A program made the translations under genes and the position numbers. The notes below the pieces were generated by a model, which did no database searches, was not told where the DNA came from, and saw nothing but the letters and a program-made list of their open reading frames with translations. Positions 9,603 to 18,790 of a stretch of DNA of 64,000 bases are shown piece after piece; position 1 is the stretch's first letter; every line of letters starts with the position of its first letter. The stretch comes from Candidatus Omnitrophota bacterium (GTDB lineage: Bacteria; Omnitrophota; Gorgyraeia; Gygaellales; Profunditerraquicolaceae): NCBI GenBank assembly GCA_041651115.1, contig JBAZJY010000001.1:261165-325164 (forward strand). The letters are read 5' to 3'.

Positions 9603-10298
9603 ATGATGAGAGCGATTAATAGAATACTGACGATAAGTTTTATCCTGCTAAGCGTTCTTATTTTTACGCAGGACATTTTTGCTTATCAAAATGAACCCAG
9701 TGGTTTTGGGGGCATAGCGTGGGGGACGGATATAAATAATTTAGAAGGTTTGAGGCAAGTTCGCCGGGATGCTTCTTTTTTAGTCTATGTAAAAGAAAAT
9801 GACGATCTGGATTTTGAAGGCATTTTAGCAGAAAAAATCGAGTATCATTTTTTAAATGATAAATTCGAAAGTGCATGGATTTATTTCACCGTCGATAAAA
9901 CAGCTGAAATAAAGAGAAAACTGGTTGAAAGATACGGGGATCCAAATACAGCAGGTTGGGATAATATAAAAAATGATCTTTTGTGGTGGCAAGGAGAGTT
10001 TACGGGAATTAACTTATTAGGCGGTAGCTATGAGTGTATAATTATGTTTAAGGATTTTCATAAAGATTCTGAGTGGCATAAGCAGGAGCGCCTGAATGAA
10101 GGATTGATGGAAGATCTGGAAAAAAGATATAAAGAATTAATAAAATCTGGGCGTTCGGAAAAAGAAGCTATTAAAGAGTTATCTGATTGGTTGAATGAGA
10201 ATGAATTGATAGAAGCTGCAGCGCCTACTGAAGATGATGCTATTCGTATACTCTTTAAAACTGGCGAGGAATCTGGATTCAATGTTAAAGAGTATTAA
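9603..10298 (+). CDS. Secreted hypothetical protein, paralog A of a tandem pair.
   Basis: A signal peptide is present (MMRAINRILTISFILLSVLIFTQDIFAYQ). The first ~55 aa and the internal block YVKENDDLDFEGILAEKIEY are near-identical to those of the next gene. Confidence 0.6.
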   Translation: MMRAINRILTISFILLSVLIFTQDIFAYQNEPSGFGGIAWGTDINNLEGLRQVRRDASFLVYVKENDDLDFEGILAEKIEYHFLNDKFESAWIYFTVDKTAEIKRKLVERYGDPNTAGWDNIKNDLLWWQGEFTGINLLGGSYECIIMFKDFHKDSEWHKQERLNEGLMEDLEKRYKELIKSGRSEKEAIKELSDWLNENELIEAAAPTEDDAIRILFKTGEESGFNVKEY

Positions 10299-10334
10299 TG
10301 CGGGACGGGAAGGTTCGCCGCAAAAGAGGCAGCG

Positions 10335-11066
10335 ATGAGAGCGATTAATAGAATACTGACGATAAGTTTTATCCTGCTAAGCATTTTTATTTTCACGCAG
10401 GACATTTTTGCCTATCAAAATGAGCCTAAAGGTGGCTTTAGGGGCATGGCATGGCGGGCAGATATAACTAATTTTAAAGATTTAAAGCTGGATCGCAAGG
10501 ATGGCAATTTTTTAATTTATGTAAAAGAAAATGACGATCTGGATTTTGAAGGCATTTTAGCAGAAAAAATCGAATATGAGTTTTTCAATAATAAATTTCA
10601 ACAAGTAAATTTTTATTTTAATTTAATCAAGGCAGATGATGTAAGGAAAAAGCTGTTGGAAAAATATGGTAACCTGGGCTCAAGGGATAACTCAATATCT
10701 AATCTTATACAATGGCAAGGGACATCTACGGGTATTGATCTGTTCATCGATAGTTCTGGATGCAAGGTTAAATTTAGAGCCTTAAACGATGATTCTGAAT
10801 GGTTTCAGCAGGTAAAATTGGATTATGTTTTGGGAGAAGAGACGGCGAAAAAATATAATAATTTAATTGATTCCGGGAGTTCGAAGGAGAATGCTGCTAA
10901 AGAATTAGCTGATTGGCTTAATAAAGAAAAATTAGTAGAAGCCGCATCGGCAGATAAAGACGTTCTTATGATAAAGCATAAATCGGGCGTAACTGACGCT
11001 ATCTATAACCACGAAGATGGATATGAGGGCCGTAGTGATTTGCGGCAGGTTGAAAGTATTCAATAA
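10335..11066 (+). CDS. Secreted hypothetical protein, paralog B of the tandem pair.
   Basis: Its 5' ~160 nt are almost identical to those of paralog A, including the same signal peptide. The C-terminal half is diverged. Confidence 0.6.
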   Translation: MRAINRILTISFILLSIFIFTQDIFAYQNEPKGGFRGMAWRADITNFKDLKLDRKDGNFLIYVKENDDLDFEGILAEKIEYEFFNNKFQQVNFYFNLIKADDVRKKLLEKYGNLGSRDNSISNLIQWQGTSTGIDLFIDSSGCKVKFRALNDDSEWFQQVKLDYVLGEETAKKYNNLIDSGSSKENAAKELADWLNKEKLVEAASADKDVLMIKHKSGVTDAIYNHEDGYEGRSDLRQVESIQ

Positions 11067-11070
11067 ACTT

Positions 11071-11145
11071 GCGGGAGTAGTTCAGTGGTAGAACACTTGC
11101 CTTCCAAGCAGGTCGTCGCGGGTTCGAGCCCCGTCTCCCGCTCCA
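11071..11145 (+). tRNA. tRNA-Gly(UCC), with CCA encoded.
   Basis: The body gcgggagtagttcagtggtagaacac… is typical of tRNA-Gly. The anticodon loop is ctTCCaa and the 3' end is ctcccgctcca. Confidence 0.85.
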
Positions 11146-11169
11146 CTGTAACCAGAGAAAGAGAAGATC

Positions 11170-11922
11170 ATGCCAGAGAGAGAATTTTTAGAGCCGGTTT
11201 TTATTGATGCCTTTGATTTAGACGATGCCTGGTTCCAGTGTCTTTCGTCAATACTGGAAAACGGCCATGTCTATAAGATCACCAGAGGCAGCTATGAAGG
11301 CCAAAAGCGTTTGGAATTTGATTTTGTAAGCGTGCGTATAAAAAAACCCGGCCATCAGATCATCCCGATCATCCCCGAGGGCATGAACATTCCCGCGCCC
11401 ACGGACATGGATTATATTCAGGGTTATCTTAGTTACCTGCTTACCGGCGCGAAGACCGAGACAGAGGATTACACTTATGGCGAGCGCCTCGTTGACCCCA
11501 AGGTAAGGATAAAAGAGAATTCCGGTGGTAAGGAGATGATTAGGGAAATTCCGCTTCAGGTCAACCAGATTGAAGAGGCGATAAGGATTTATAAAGAAAA
11601 AGGCGAAGGGACCAATCAGTGTGTGATGGAGATCGGGATGCCCTCCGATATAAAATTAGTTGATCCGCCGTGCCTACGGCTGATTGACACGCGCATCCGT
11701 TACGGAAAATTGCATTTTATTTTATATTTTCGTTCTTGGGATCTATGGGGCGGGTTCCCTTCAAATTTGGGCGGGCTGCAGCTGGTAAAGCAATATATGG
11801 CAGAGGAGATCGGCGTAGGCGACGGAGAGATCATTGCCGTCAGTAAAGGCTTACACCTTTATGATTACAGTTGGGATCTTGCCAAGCTCCGGACAAACAA
11901 GAACAACCTTCAGTTGATATAA
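11170..11922 (+). CDS. Thymidylate synthase family protein (short ThyA-like or a hydroxymethylase-like relative).
   Basis: The nucleophile region DPPCLRL is followed by …LYFRSWDLWGGFPSNLGGLQLVKQYMA. This aligns to the ThyA segment PPCH…YQRS.D..LG.PFNIASY.LL..M.A. The protein is 250 aa. Confidence 0.55.
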   Translation: MPEREFLEPVFIDAFDLDDAWFQCLSSILENGHVYKITRGSYEGQKRLEFDFVSVRIKKPGHQIIPIIPEGMNIPAPTDMDYIQGYLSYLLTGAKTETEDYTYGERLVDPKVRIKENSGGKEMIREIPLQVNQIEEAIRIYKEKGEGTNQCVMEIGMPSDIKLVDPPCLRLIDTRIRYGKLHFILYFRSWDLWGGFPSNLGGLQLVKQYMAEEIGVGDGEIIAVSKGLHLYDYSWDLAKLRTNKNNLQLI

Positions 11923-12302
11923 TGGAAAATAATTTTTCGGGAATAGAGCGCAGGAAGTTTACGCGGCTTGATTTTGTCAGCCCGTTTGCTTTCAAGGTTT
12001 GCAGTAAAGAAACAATCTCAAAGCTCCTGAAAGGCTATATTGCCAACATAAGCGAGTCAGGCATATTTTGCACTATAAGCCAAAAAGTCAACATGGACGA
12101 CATACTTTGGCTTTCTTTTGACCGGGCAACTTTAGGCATCTGTGAAAGCCTTGAAAAGAACAGCCTGATCTATCAAGGCGGCATCATCGGGAAAGTAGTC
12201 AGGGTAGAAAGCAAAGACGATGGCTCTTATGATACGGGTTTGCAATTTTTGACCCGTGAAGAAGAACGGCCTGCACATGTTTTCTGGAATGAAAAAACCT
12301 GA
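11922..12302 (+). CDS. PilZ-domain protein (c-di-GMP binding).
   Basis: The RRxxxR motif (ERRKFTR) and the D/NxSxxG motif (NISESG) are present. The start codon overlaps the thyA-like stop (TAATG). The track's longer ORF starting at 11871 is probably a 5' over-extension. Confidence 0.6.
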   Translation: MENNFSGIERRKFTRLDFVSPFAFKVCSKETISKLLKGYIANISESGIFCTISQKVNMDDILWLSFDRATLGICESLEKNSLIYQGGIIGKVVRVESKDDGSYDTGLQFLTREEERPAHVFWNEKT

Positions 12303-13287
12303 TATCGCGGTAATCGGAGACGGCGGCTGGGGAACAACGCTGGCAGTGTTACTTTTTAAAAAAGGCTTTAACGTCTGCCTTTGGAGCGCGTTTGCGGATT
12401 ATGCCGCGTACCTGGATAAAAAAAGGGTAAATACTAAATTTTTGCCCGGGGTGAGGATTCCCGACGGCATAGATATCACCAGCGACATCCGTGCGGCTGT
12501 TTCCGGTAAAGATATAATCGTTATTGCCGTTCCATCGCAGTATCTGCGTGGCGTGTTGAATAAATTAAAAAAGAGCGGGTATCCGCGCAAGGCAGTATAT
12601 TTAAGCGTCACGAAAGGTATTGAGATCGCAACGCTGAAAAGAATGTCCCAGGTTATCAAGGAAGAACTGGGCAATGTCAATACTGCCGTGCTTTCCGGGC
12701 CGACGATCGCCTGGGAAATTGCCAAAGGTATACCGGCTGCAGCAGTAATTGCTTCCCGCAGCATTGCCACAAGAAAGCGGCTGCAGGAAATATTTATGAC
12801 CGACAGGTTCCGGATCTATACCAATAACGATGTTACAGGCGTTGAGTTGGGCGGAAGCCTTAAAAACGTGATTGCGATCGGCTGCGGTATCTCTGACGGT
12901 TTGGGTTTTGGCACGAACACCAAGGCAGCGTTGCTTACCCGCGGCCTTGCCGAAATTACGCGGCTGGGTAAAGCAATGGGGGGCAGGCCAACTACTTTCA
13001 GCGGTATTAGCGGGTTAGGCGACCTGGTTACCACCTGTGTTAGTACTCACAGCCGTAACAGGTTTGTCGGCGAACAGATCGGTAAAGGAAAAAGCCTGGG
13101 CCAGATCAAAAGCCAGATGGTAATGGTTGCTGAAGGCGTGCCAACGGCAAAATCTGCCTACGAGTTAAGCCGCAAATATAAAGTGGAGATGCCGATTGCA
13201 AAAGAAGTCTACTCTGTTCTTTATAAAAATAAATCCCCGGTCCAGGCAGTCAAAGATTTAATGACGCGGGAGAAAAAGGAAGAATAA
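12289..13287 (+). CDS. gpsA: NAD(P)H-dependent glycerol-3-phosphate dehydrogenase.
   Basis: The Rossmann motif IAVIGDGGWGTTLA is present, with GpsA-type C-terminal helices. The exact start is uncertain, with in-frame ATGs at 12256, 12277 and 12289. Confidence 0.85.
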   Translation: MKKPDIAVIGDGGWGTTLAVLLFKKGFNVCLWSAFADYAAYLDKKRVNTKFLPGVRIPDGIDITSDIRAAVSGKDIIVIAVPSQYLRGVLNKLKKSGYPRKAVYLSVTKGIEIATLKRMSQVIKEELGNVNTAVLSGPTIAWEIAKGIPAAAVIASRSIATRKRLQEIFMTDRFRIYTNNDVTGVELGGSLKNVIAIGCGISDGLGFGTNTKAALLTRGLAEITRLGKAMGGRPTTFSGISGLGDLVTTCVSTHSRNRFVGEQIGKGKSLGQIKSQMVMVAEGVPTAKSAYELSRKYKVEMPIAKEVYSVLYKNKSPVQAVKDLMTREKKEE

Positions 13288-13423
13288 AGATTTGCATTTG
13301 TGGTGTGTGAATTTGGGCGTTTCTGGAGGCAGACTGGACACTGGTTGGACACCTGGAAAGACATCTTATTAACGCTTGGTTTTATTATTGACCTGTAAAT
13401 GGTAAAAACATATAATAAAAACT

Positions 13424-14362
13424 ATGTTTAAAGGGATATTTAAATATTTGTTACTAGCTTATAGAACCAGCGTGCCGATTATTTCAATTAGGCACACTTT
13501 AGTTTATACAATGTTAGTTGCGCTGCCTTTTATGATTTTAGGAGGGATCGCGAGCCTTTGGCCTAATTTAACCCTAAAGTTAAAAGTTCTCTGGACTTTA
13601 TATATCTGGGTAACAATTTTACTTGCTATTACACTTTGGGCCTATTTACGAACAATGGTTATTTTATCTCAGAAAAAAGATGCACCGGAAGAGGACCATC
13701 ATTATTTACAACAGCTAGACGCTAAATTTTATGGAATCTCCAGAAAGCTATTATATGTTGAGACAGAATTATTTAACGAAGGATATACTACTAGTAAACA
13801 TCGTATTGAACTGACGTCTACAACTGATAAAGTCTATAGTATTGAACATAGTTCAACATTGCCGCACGCACCTCTTGATGGTGATAGGCCAATCGATTTG
13901 CAGGTTCCCGATCAATTAATCGACGAAGTAAAATTAAAGCCGGTTATATTATCCTTAAGTAAAAATAAATTGTTTTGGCAACTTAATTTTCTACCATGTC
14001 TACCGAAAGGTAAAAAAGTTCATTATAACTATAGCGAAACTTCTCCCCGTGGATCGTTTGCAATGACCTTTGAAGAACTAAAGAATAGAAAAATGGATTA
14101 TGAATATTTTTCAATGCGTATTAGTTATCCTACTGAGCATTATAAACAGAAACTTATATTCCCAGTCAAGTTTGATCCTACTTATTATGATTATGATGTA
14201 TGGTTAGGAGAAGGGAAGGTTCAGCATCCTGAGGAATTTCATAGATTAAGAAATTTTTGGCATGTAGGAAGAGAAAAAGACGGAAGAATGTATATCGAAA
14301 TCAGTATAAAGCATCCTATCCACGGTTTAATTTATGCCCTAAAGTGGATACCGCCGGCATAA
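13424..14362 (+). CDS. Hypothetical membrane protein, the first gene of the AT-rich island.
   Basis: The 312-aa ORF has 2-3 N-terminal TM helices and then a soluble domain. It is AT-rich and gave no recognisable family. Confidence 0.5.
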   Translation: MFKGIFKYLLLAYRTSVPIISIRHTLVYTMLVALPFMILGGIASLWPNLTLKLKVLWTLYIWVTILLAITLWAYLRTMVILSQKKDAPEEDHHYLQQLDAKFYGISRKLLYVETELFNEGYTTSKHRIELTSTTDKVYSIEHSSTLPHAPLDGDRPIDLQVPDQLIDEVKLKPVILSLSKNKLFWQLNFLPCLPKGKKVHYNYSETSPRGSFAMTFEELKNRKMDYEYFSMRISYPTEHYKQKLIFPVKFDPTYYDYDVWLGEGKVQHPEEFHRLRNFWHVGREKDGRMYIEISIKHPIHGLIYALKWIPPA

Positions 14363-14460
14363 AAAAATTGACAAATTGTTAATTATATGCTATCTTTATA
14401 TTACCTATGAAAGATCATATAGGAAGCTAAAAGAGTATATTCGAGTAAATAAGCATAAAG

Positions 14461-14498
14461 CCTTCGTTTTTTAAAGCGAAGGTTTTTGTGTTTTTTTC
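14461..14498 (+). terminator. Rho-independent terminator.
   Basis: The hairpin gccttcg-tttttt aaag-cgaaggt is followed by tttttgtgttttttt. Confidence 0.5.
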
Positions 14499-14639
14499 CG
14501 TTTTTAGGCTAATATAGTTAGCTTGCACCTCTTTAATCATAATTCCTTGCTATACCTCCCCCACTTCTTTCGTCTATTAAGTAGGAAAAATTGTTGCTTT
14601 TAGGCTTTTGCAGTAGGATAATATAACCAGTTTCACAAC

Positions 14640-14920
14640 TCGAGGGGGAGCAGCAAAATGAGTAAGCTATTGGCTTACTTAATGGCTACGCTTCTGCCTT
14701 CTCGCGCGTAGGGCCCGGAAACCTTGACCAATACTCTGGTTGAGCTCTGGATAACCTGAAATGAAGGATCCCGTTGGGTTGTGATAAGGAAGGGTTAGCT
14801 TTTGGCTCGGGAAACCGAAACCCGAAGGTGTTGGCTTGCTTTAGGGATTCGCAGAGATAAAAAGGCGGAGGATAACCTTAGCTGAGTATGGCGAAGGCCC
14901 GCCGCTTAGCCATTCTTATT
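14640..14920 (+). other. Candidate structured RNA or long leader in the AT-rich island. This is unverified.
   Basis: This non-coding stretch is locally GC-rich. An 8-bp closing helix (aatggcta … tagccatt) encloses about 235 nt that contain several internal hairpins (gtaagc-tattg-gcttac, gggcccgg…, ggctcggg…). Confidence 0.2.
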
Positions 14921-14957
14921 TTTATATTGTTGTTTTTTAAAACTGAGGAACATTGTA

Positions 14958-15509
14958 ATGGAGCAAATCAAGATAGGTATTTTAAAAAAAGTATGGGCTT
15001 GGATAAAATCAGTATGGTGCATTGGCTCTAATATCGTTAAATTTTTGAATGGTCAAGATGAAATAAAAGAGCGATTGACCAAGATCGAAGAAGCTATAAA
15101 GTCACCTCAATACCAACTTGCAGAATTGGAGAAAATAAAGACCACAATTGATTTATTAAAAGAAAACAATGAGCAAGAAAAAAAGAAGCTTGAAAGGGGA
15201 AGCCAGGAGGAAATAGATAAACATAAGACAAGGGTGGCTGAGTTAACGGCGATTAATGAAGAGCTTCATCAATATAAAGGGCTTGTTGTTAAGGAGATCG
15301 AAATCATAACACAGAAAGATTCTGAAATTAAAGAACTTAATGCACAAATTAAACAATTAAAAAAGAATGCGCCATCGGCATTAAGTTTAGCTTTTTTGGC
15401 GAGCTTATCGGCACAACAAGATTTATCAGGGGAGTGGCCGGGTAGTCTTCTCGACGAGGATGTATTAGGAAAAACGAAGAACGATACTAAGTATCCCTGG
15501 ATGGTATAA
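14958..15509 (+). CDS. Hypothetical coiled-coil protein.
   Basis: The N-terminal segment is amphipathic and hydrophobic and the centre is heptad-rich. An RBS gaggaa lies upstream. Confidence 0.45.
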   Translation: MEQIKIGILKKVWAWIKSVWCIGSNIVKFLNGQDEIKERLTKIEEAIKSPQYQLAELEKIKTTIDLLKENNEQEKKKLERGSQEEIDKHKTRVAELTAINEELHQYKGLVVKEIEIITQKDSEIKELNAQIKQLKKNAPSALSLAFLASLSAQQDLSGEWPGSLLDEDVLGKTKNDTKYPWMV

Positions 15510-15606
15510 TATATTTGAAACGTAATTGGCTAAATCTGTTTAGTAATTTTATACGGCAGCTTCTGGATAGATGAGGGGCTGCTGTTTTCATTAAGGGGAC
15601 ATAGTC

Positions 15607-15888
15607 ATGGTTGATGAAAAAACAGTTAAGCAATACAAACAGGAATTCGAGGCAAAGGGCGTAGAACAAGTAAAAATAGAATTTGCAGGTGGACAATACG
15701 GAATTCACACAGACCCATCGTTTCCGAAGGCATGTTATGCTAAAGTTTGGCTTGAAGGAAAAGAAAAAGCAGAACAAACGGCAATAGTCGATAAGAATTT
15801 AAGGACCAGCGAAAAATTAATTAAAGCTACTTGGGGGTTGGTTATTGTGACGGCAATCTTAGTCTTAGTTACATTCATTAAAAAATAA
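15607..15888 (+). CDS. Small hypothetical protein with a C-terminal TM helix.
   Basis: The 93-aa ORF ends in …WGLVIVTAILVLVTFIKK, which looks like a tail anchor. Confidence 0.4.
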   Translation: MVDEKTVKQYKQEFEAKGVEQVKIEFAGGQYGIHTDPSFPKACYAKVWLEGKEKAEQTAIVDKNLRTSEKLIKATWGLVIVTAILVLVTFIKK

Positions 15889-15892
15889 TAAA

Positions 15893-16363
15893 ATGTTTGA
15901 GCAATTTAGTAATTACCATGAAATACAATGGACGGCCTGCGCTGCAGCACAGTTTATTGGCCCTGGAGGCAAAATTCAGATCAACCCGGACTTGGATAAT
16001 TTTAAGCTCGTAAGCTTTAGAGATTTACGGAAGCATCAAAAAATTAATGAAAAGCACCATTTTAAGCTTATGCTAATCGGGAGTAGTAAAACCAACGTTT
16101 TTATTGATGGGCCAGACTCAAGAATAGATGAAATGATTAGAAGGCTACCTGGCTATAGAGATAAAAGTTGGTTAGAGATAAAAAATATGAACTTAGAAAG
16201 AGACTTCGCGAGCTGTAAAAATGCCTATACTGCGAATTGTGATCCTAGGGTTATAGACTATACTGAATTAAAACCAATAGGGCCTGGGGGAGAGGTATCT
16301 GAATTAAATCTTAAAAAAGTAGATGAGATTTGCGCTAAGTGCGAGTATTTTAAGCCAGAATAA
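15893..16363 (+). CDS. Hypothetical protein.
   Basis: The 156-aa ORF is packed 4 nt after the previous gene and has no recognisable domain. Confidence 0.4.
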   Translation: MFEQFSNYHEIQWTACAAAQFIGPGGKIQINPDLDNFKLVSFRDLRKHQKINEKHHFKLMLIGSSKTNVFIDGPDSRIDEMIRRLPGYRDKSWLEIKNMNLERDFASCKNAYTANCDPRVIDYTELKPIGPGGEVSELNLKKVDEICAKCEYFKPE

Positions 16364-16423
16364 AAACTAAACTACCTTGAAAGACGAGTAGCATAATTGA
16401 ATAAAAGCAAGAGATGCTAAGCA

Positions 16424-17185
16424 ATGAATAAAGATTTACAAAAAAACATCAAAACCTTTTTTCATTATTTTGACCATATTTTATACTTAACTACTGATAA
16501 AATTCCAGCCTGGGAAAGCACCCCGCTTTTTCAGATACTTATTTATTCCGGAATAATTGATACCTTGGCGAAATGCGCTGCGGGTCCGAAGGTTAGCAAC
16601 TATGTGCGGTTTACAGCATTCATTAAGAATTTTTGCGAGTGGAAAGAACATTCAAAAATTAGCCTTCCTCATTTGGTAATGTTTCTTCGGGTCATGCCTT
16701 CTCCCGAATTTGAAAAGTTAAGGCAGTTTACCTATGAAAAATTTGATACATGGAAGAAAGGAGAAGTCATTTATCTTGACTCTGATCCTGACTATGACGG
16801 TGTTTTAAAATTATGGCCAAAAGATAATGCGTTAAAAGAACCGATAGAAAAAATAAGCCTGGAGTCATTAACTCACCTGCATCTTTTGTGGAAATTAAGA
16901 AATAGCGTTGTGCATGAAATGCGTATATTAGGCTATGGAATGAGCGCGATAGTAACTAAAGATCCCGGTTATCATCAGATGACTCACCTTAAAAATGAAG
17001 AAGATAACGATCCCTTAGAGACGTGGGAATTAGTGTATCCGGTTTCTTTTCTCAGCAACCTCATAAAAACTGGTATCAAGAATTTAAAGATGTATTGTGA
17101 AAAAAACCGGCTAGATCCCTTTGATAGATTTGAATTTGGAACATATTGGCTTGGGGAGTTTAATAAAACATTCCCTGGAAAATGA
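16424..17185 (+). CDS. HEPN-like (Abi-type) protein candidate.
   Basis: The motif HLLWKLRNSVVHEMR fits the HEPN Rx4-6H signature. Apart from that it is an orphan 253-aa protein in an AT-rich island. Confidence 0.45.
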   Translation: MNKDLQKNIKTFFHYFDHILYLTTDKIPAWESTPLFQILIYSGIIDTLAKCAAGPKVSNYVRFTAFIKNFCEWKEHSKISLPHLVMFLRVMPSPEFEKLRQFTYEKFDTWKKGEVIYLDSDPDYDGVLKLWPKDNALKEPIEKISLESLTHLHLLWKLRNSVVHEMRILGYGMSAIVTKDPGYHQMTHLKNEEDNDPLETWELVYPVSFLSNLIKTGIKNLKMYCEKNRLDPFDRFEFGTYWLGEFNKTFPGK

Positions 17186-17271
17186 TTCTACTTAGCGGAA
17201 TATTTAATTGAATATAAGCTGGGAGTTTCAAGGTCAATTTTTGGCTAGTCTATATCTAACCAGGAGGTCCT

Positions 17272-17724
17272 ATGGGCTACATAGAACAGCATCTTCAGCC
17301 GGATGAGCAGATTGTCTACAAAACGCAATTACATAATATTGTTTTTCTTTGGCCAACGATTTGGCTAATTTTTGGCATTGTTTCTTTCTTTAGCGGGCCT
17401 AGCGGAGCTGTTTCGGGAATGTTTATCTTATTATTTATTGCCTTTCCGTTTCTGCTGTCAGTTGTTATAAGAAAGCGCACCTCTGAGTTTGCCATCACAA
17501 ATAAAAGAATCTTAATTAAAACCGGCTGGATAAGAAGAAATTCCCTCGAGCTGTTAAATACAAAAGTCGAAGGGATCGGCGTAGAACAGGGGATATTAGG
17601 AAGGATATTTAATTTTGGCACGATTATCATAAGCGGAGTTGGCACGACAAGGCAGCCATTTAAGAATATTGAGAATCCCCTGGAATTTCGCACGCAGGTC
17701 AATAACCAAATCTCAAAGCATTAA
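17272..17724 (+). CDS. Membrane protein with a bacterial PH domain (bPH_2 / YdbS-like).
   Basis: Two TM helices are followed by a domain with …ITNKRILIKTGWIRRNSLEL…GILGRIFNFGTIIISG. Confidence 0.55.
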   Translation: MGYIEQHLQPDEQIVYKTQLHNIVFLWPTIWLIFGIVSFFSGPSGAVSGMFILLFIAFPFLLSVVIRKRTSEFAITNKRILIKTGWIRRNSLELLNTKVEGIGVEQGILGRIFNFGTIIISGVGTTRQPFKNIENPLEFRTQVNNQISKH

Positions 17725-17771
17725 ATTTCTTAGAATATTCGAAGGCCAAAGAAGTTAGCCGGGAGGTAAAA

Positions 17772-18476
17772 TTGTTAGATTATCTTATTGAATCTATGAC
17801 TTATCTATCAGTTGATTATAACTGGTTTTTTAGCACCCTCTCTCAGTCTTTAGCAGCATTAATTGGGATAGGCTGCATGTTTATTATTTATCGATTGCAG
17901 ATGCAAGAAAATAATATCAATGAAACAGTACGAGCTTTACAACGTTATTTGTCCCCGATTCACCCGGACAAACTTTTTTATATGACTAGAGAAGAAACAA
18001 CAGCTATGGCTGATGGCGAAATTAATCATCATACGATACAGATAAAGCATTTTAAAGAGGAGATAGCGCAGTCTGAAGAAAAGCTTAAAAGAAGGGAAGG
18101 GAATGAAAGCTTTCTTAACGGAAGAATCCGGTCTTTATCAGAGAATATAAGAGTGGAATCTCTTAAAATCGACAGCCTTCAGAGTAGGAAGTCGGCCATC
18201 ATCCTTAAAGAAAATTATAGAGATGGGATTCAGTTTAGTGCTTTTATTTCCCTTGCATACATGGGTTTTTTATTTTTTGGAAGCTTAATTGCGCTTACGC
18301 ATGGTAACTTTTTCTTGAAACATCAAAAATTAGGGAATGGATTCGTATTAGCCACATTGATTCTTTTGCTCGGCGGTTTATTCTTATCTGGCATCTGTTG
18401 TCTTGTTGGGCTTAATATGGGGAGATCTATGGTAAAAGATATATTTATTAGATTTATTTCCCGCTGGCGGAAATAA
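17772..18476 (+). CDS. Hypothetical membrane protein with a central coiled coil.
   Basis: N- and C-terminal TM helices are present. No family was recognised. Confidence 0.45.
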   Translation: MLDYLIESMTYLSVDYNWFFSTLSQSLAALIGIGCMFIIYRLQMQENNINETVRALQRYLSPIHPDKLFYMTREETTAMADGEINHHTIQIKHFKEEIAQSEEKLKRREGNESFLNGRIRSLSENIRVESLKIDSLQSRKSAIILKENYRDGIQFSAFISLAYMGFLFFGSLIALTHGNFFLKHQKLGNGFVLATLILLLGGLFLSGICCLVGLNMGRSMVKDIFIRFISRWRK

Positions 18477-18790
18477 GATTATGTGCTCTGTCTATCATTT
18501 ATGTATCTGTTTGCCGCGTAGTAATGCCCGGCGCGCCCTGCAGTTGGCAGACCTTTTTAAGTCGTAATTTTAATATCTAAAAATGCGCCTTCCTATATCA
18601 AAAAATCTGATAATTCCCTATTAATCGATATCGGAAAATCCGATAATCTTTCTTTACAGCGATAGAAAAGGCAGGTATAATTAACCGAATTAAGGTCAGT
18701 TTTTGCCGTATGTGAATTTATATGATTCGGGGCGTGGCTCTCCTCGCCAAAAATCGGCGAGGATTTCGCCACTTGACGAACAAAGAATAG

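Noticed and set aside
14368-14396. Possible promoter (TTGACA … TATCTT) right after the stop of 13424-14362.
   Set aside because: The -10 element is poor and the spacing ambiguous. It lies upstream of a terminator hairpin, so it is not reported as a feature.
14640-14920. Retron (msr/msd) interpretation of the structured segment.
   Set aside because: No reverse-transcriptase ORF is present anywhere in the island. Only the inverted-end architecture fits. It is kept as an unclassified candidate RNA.
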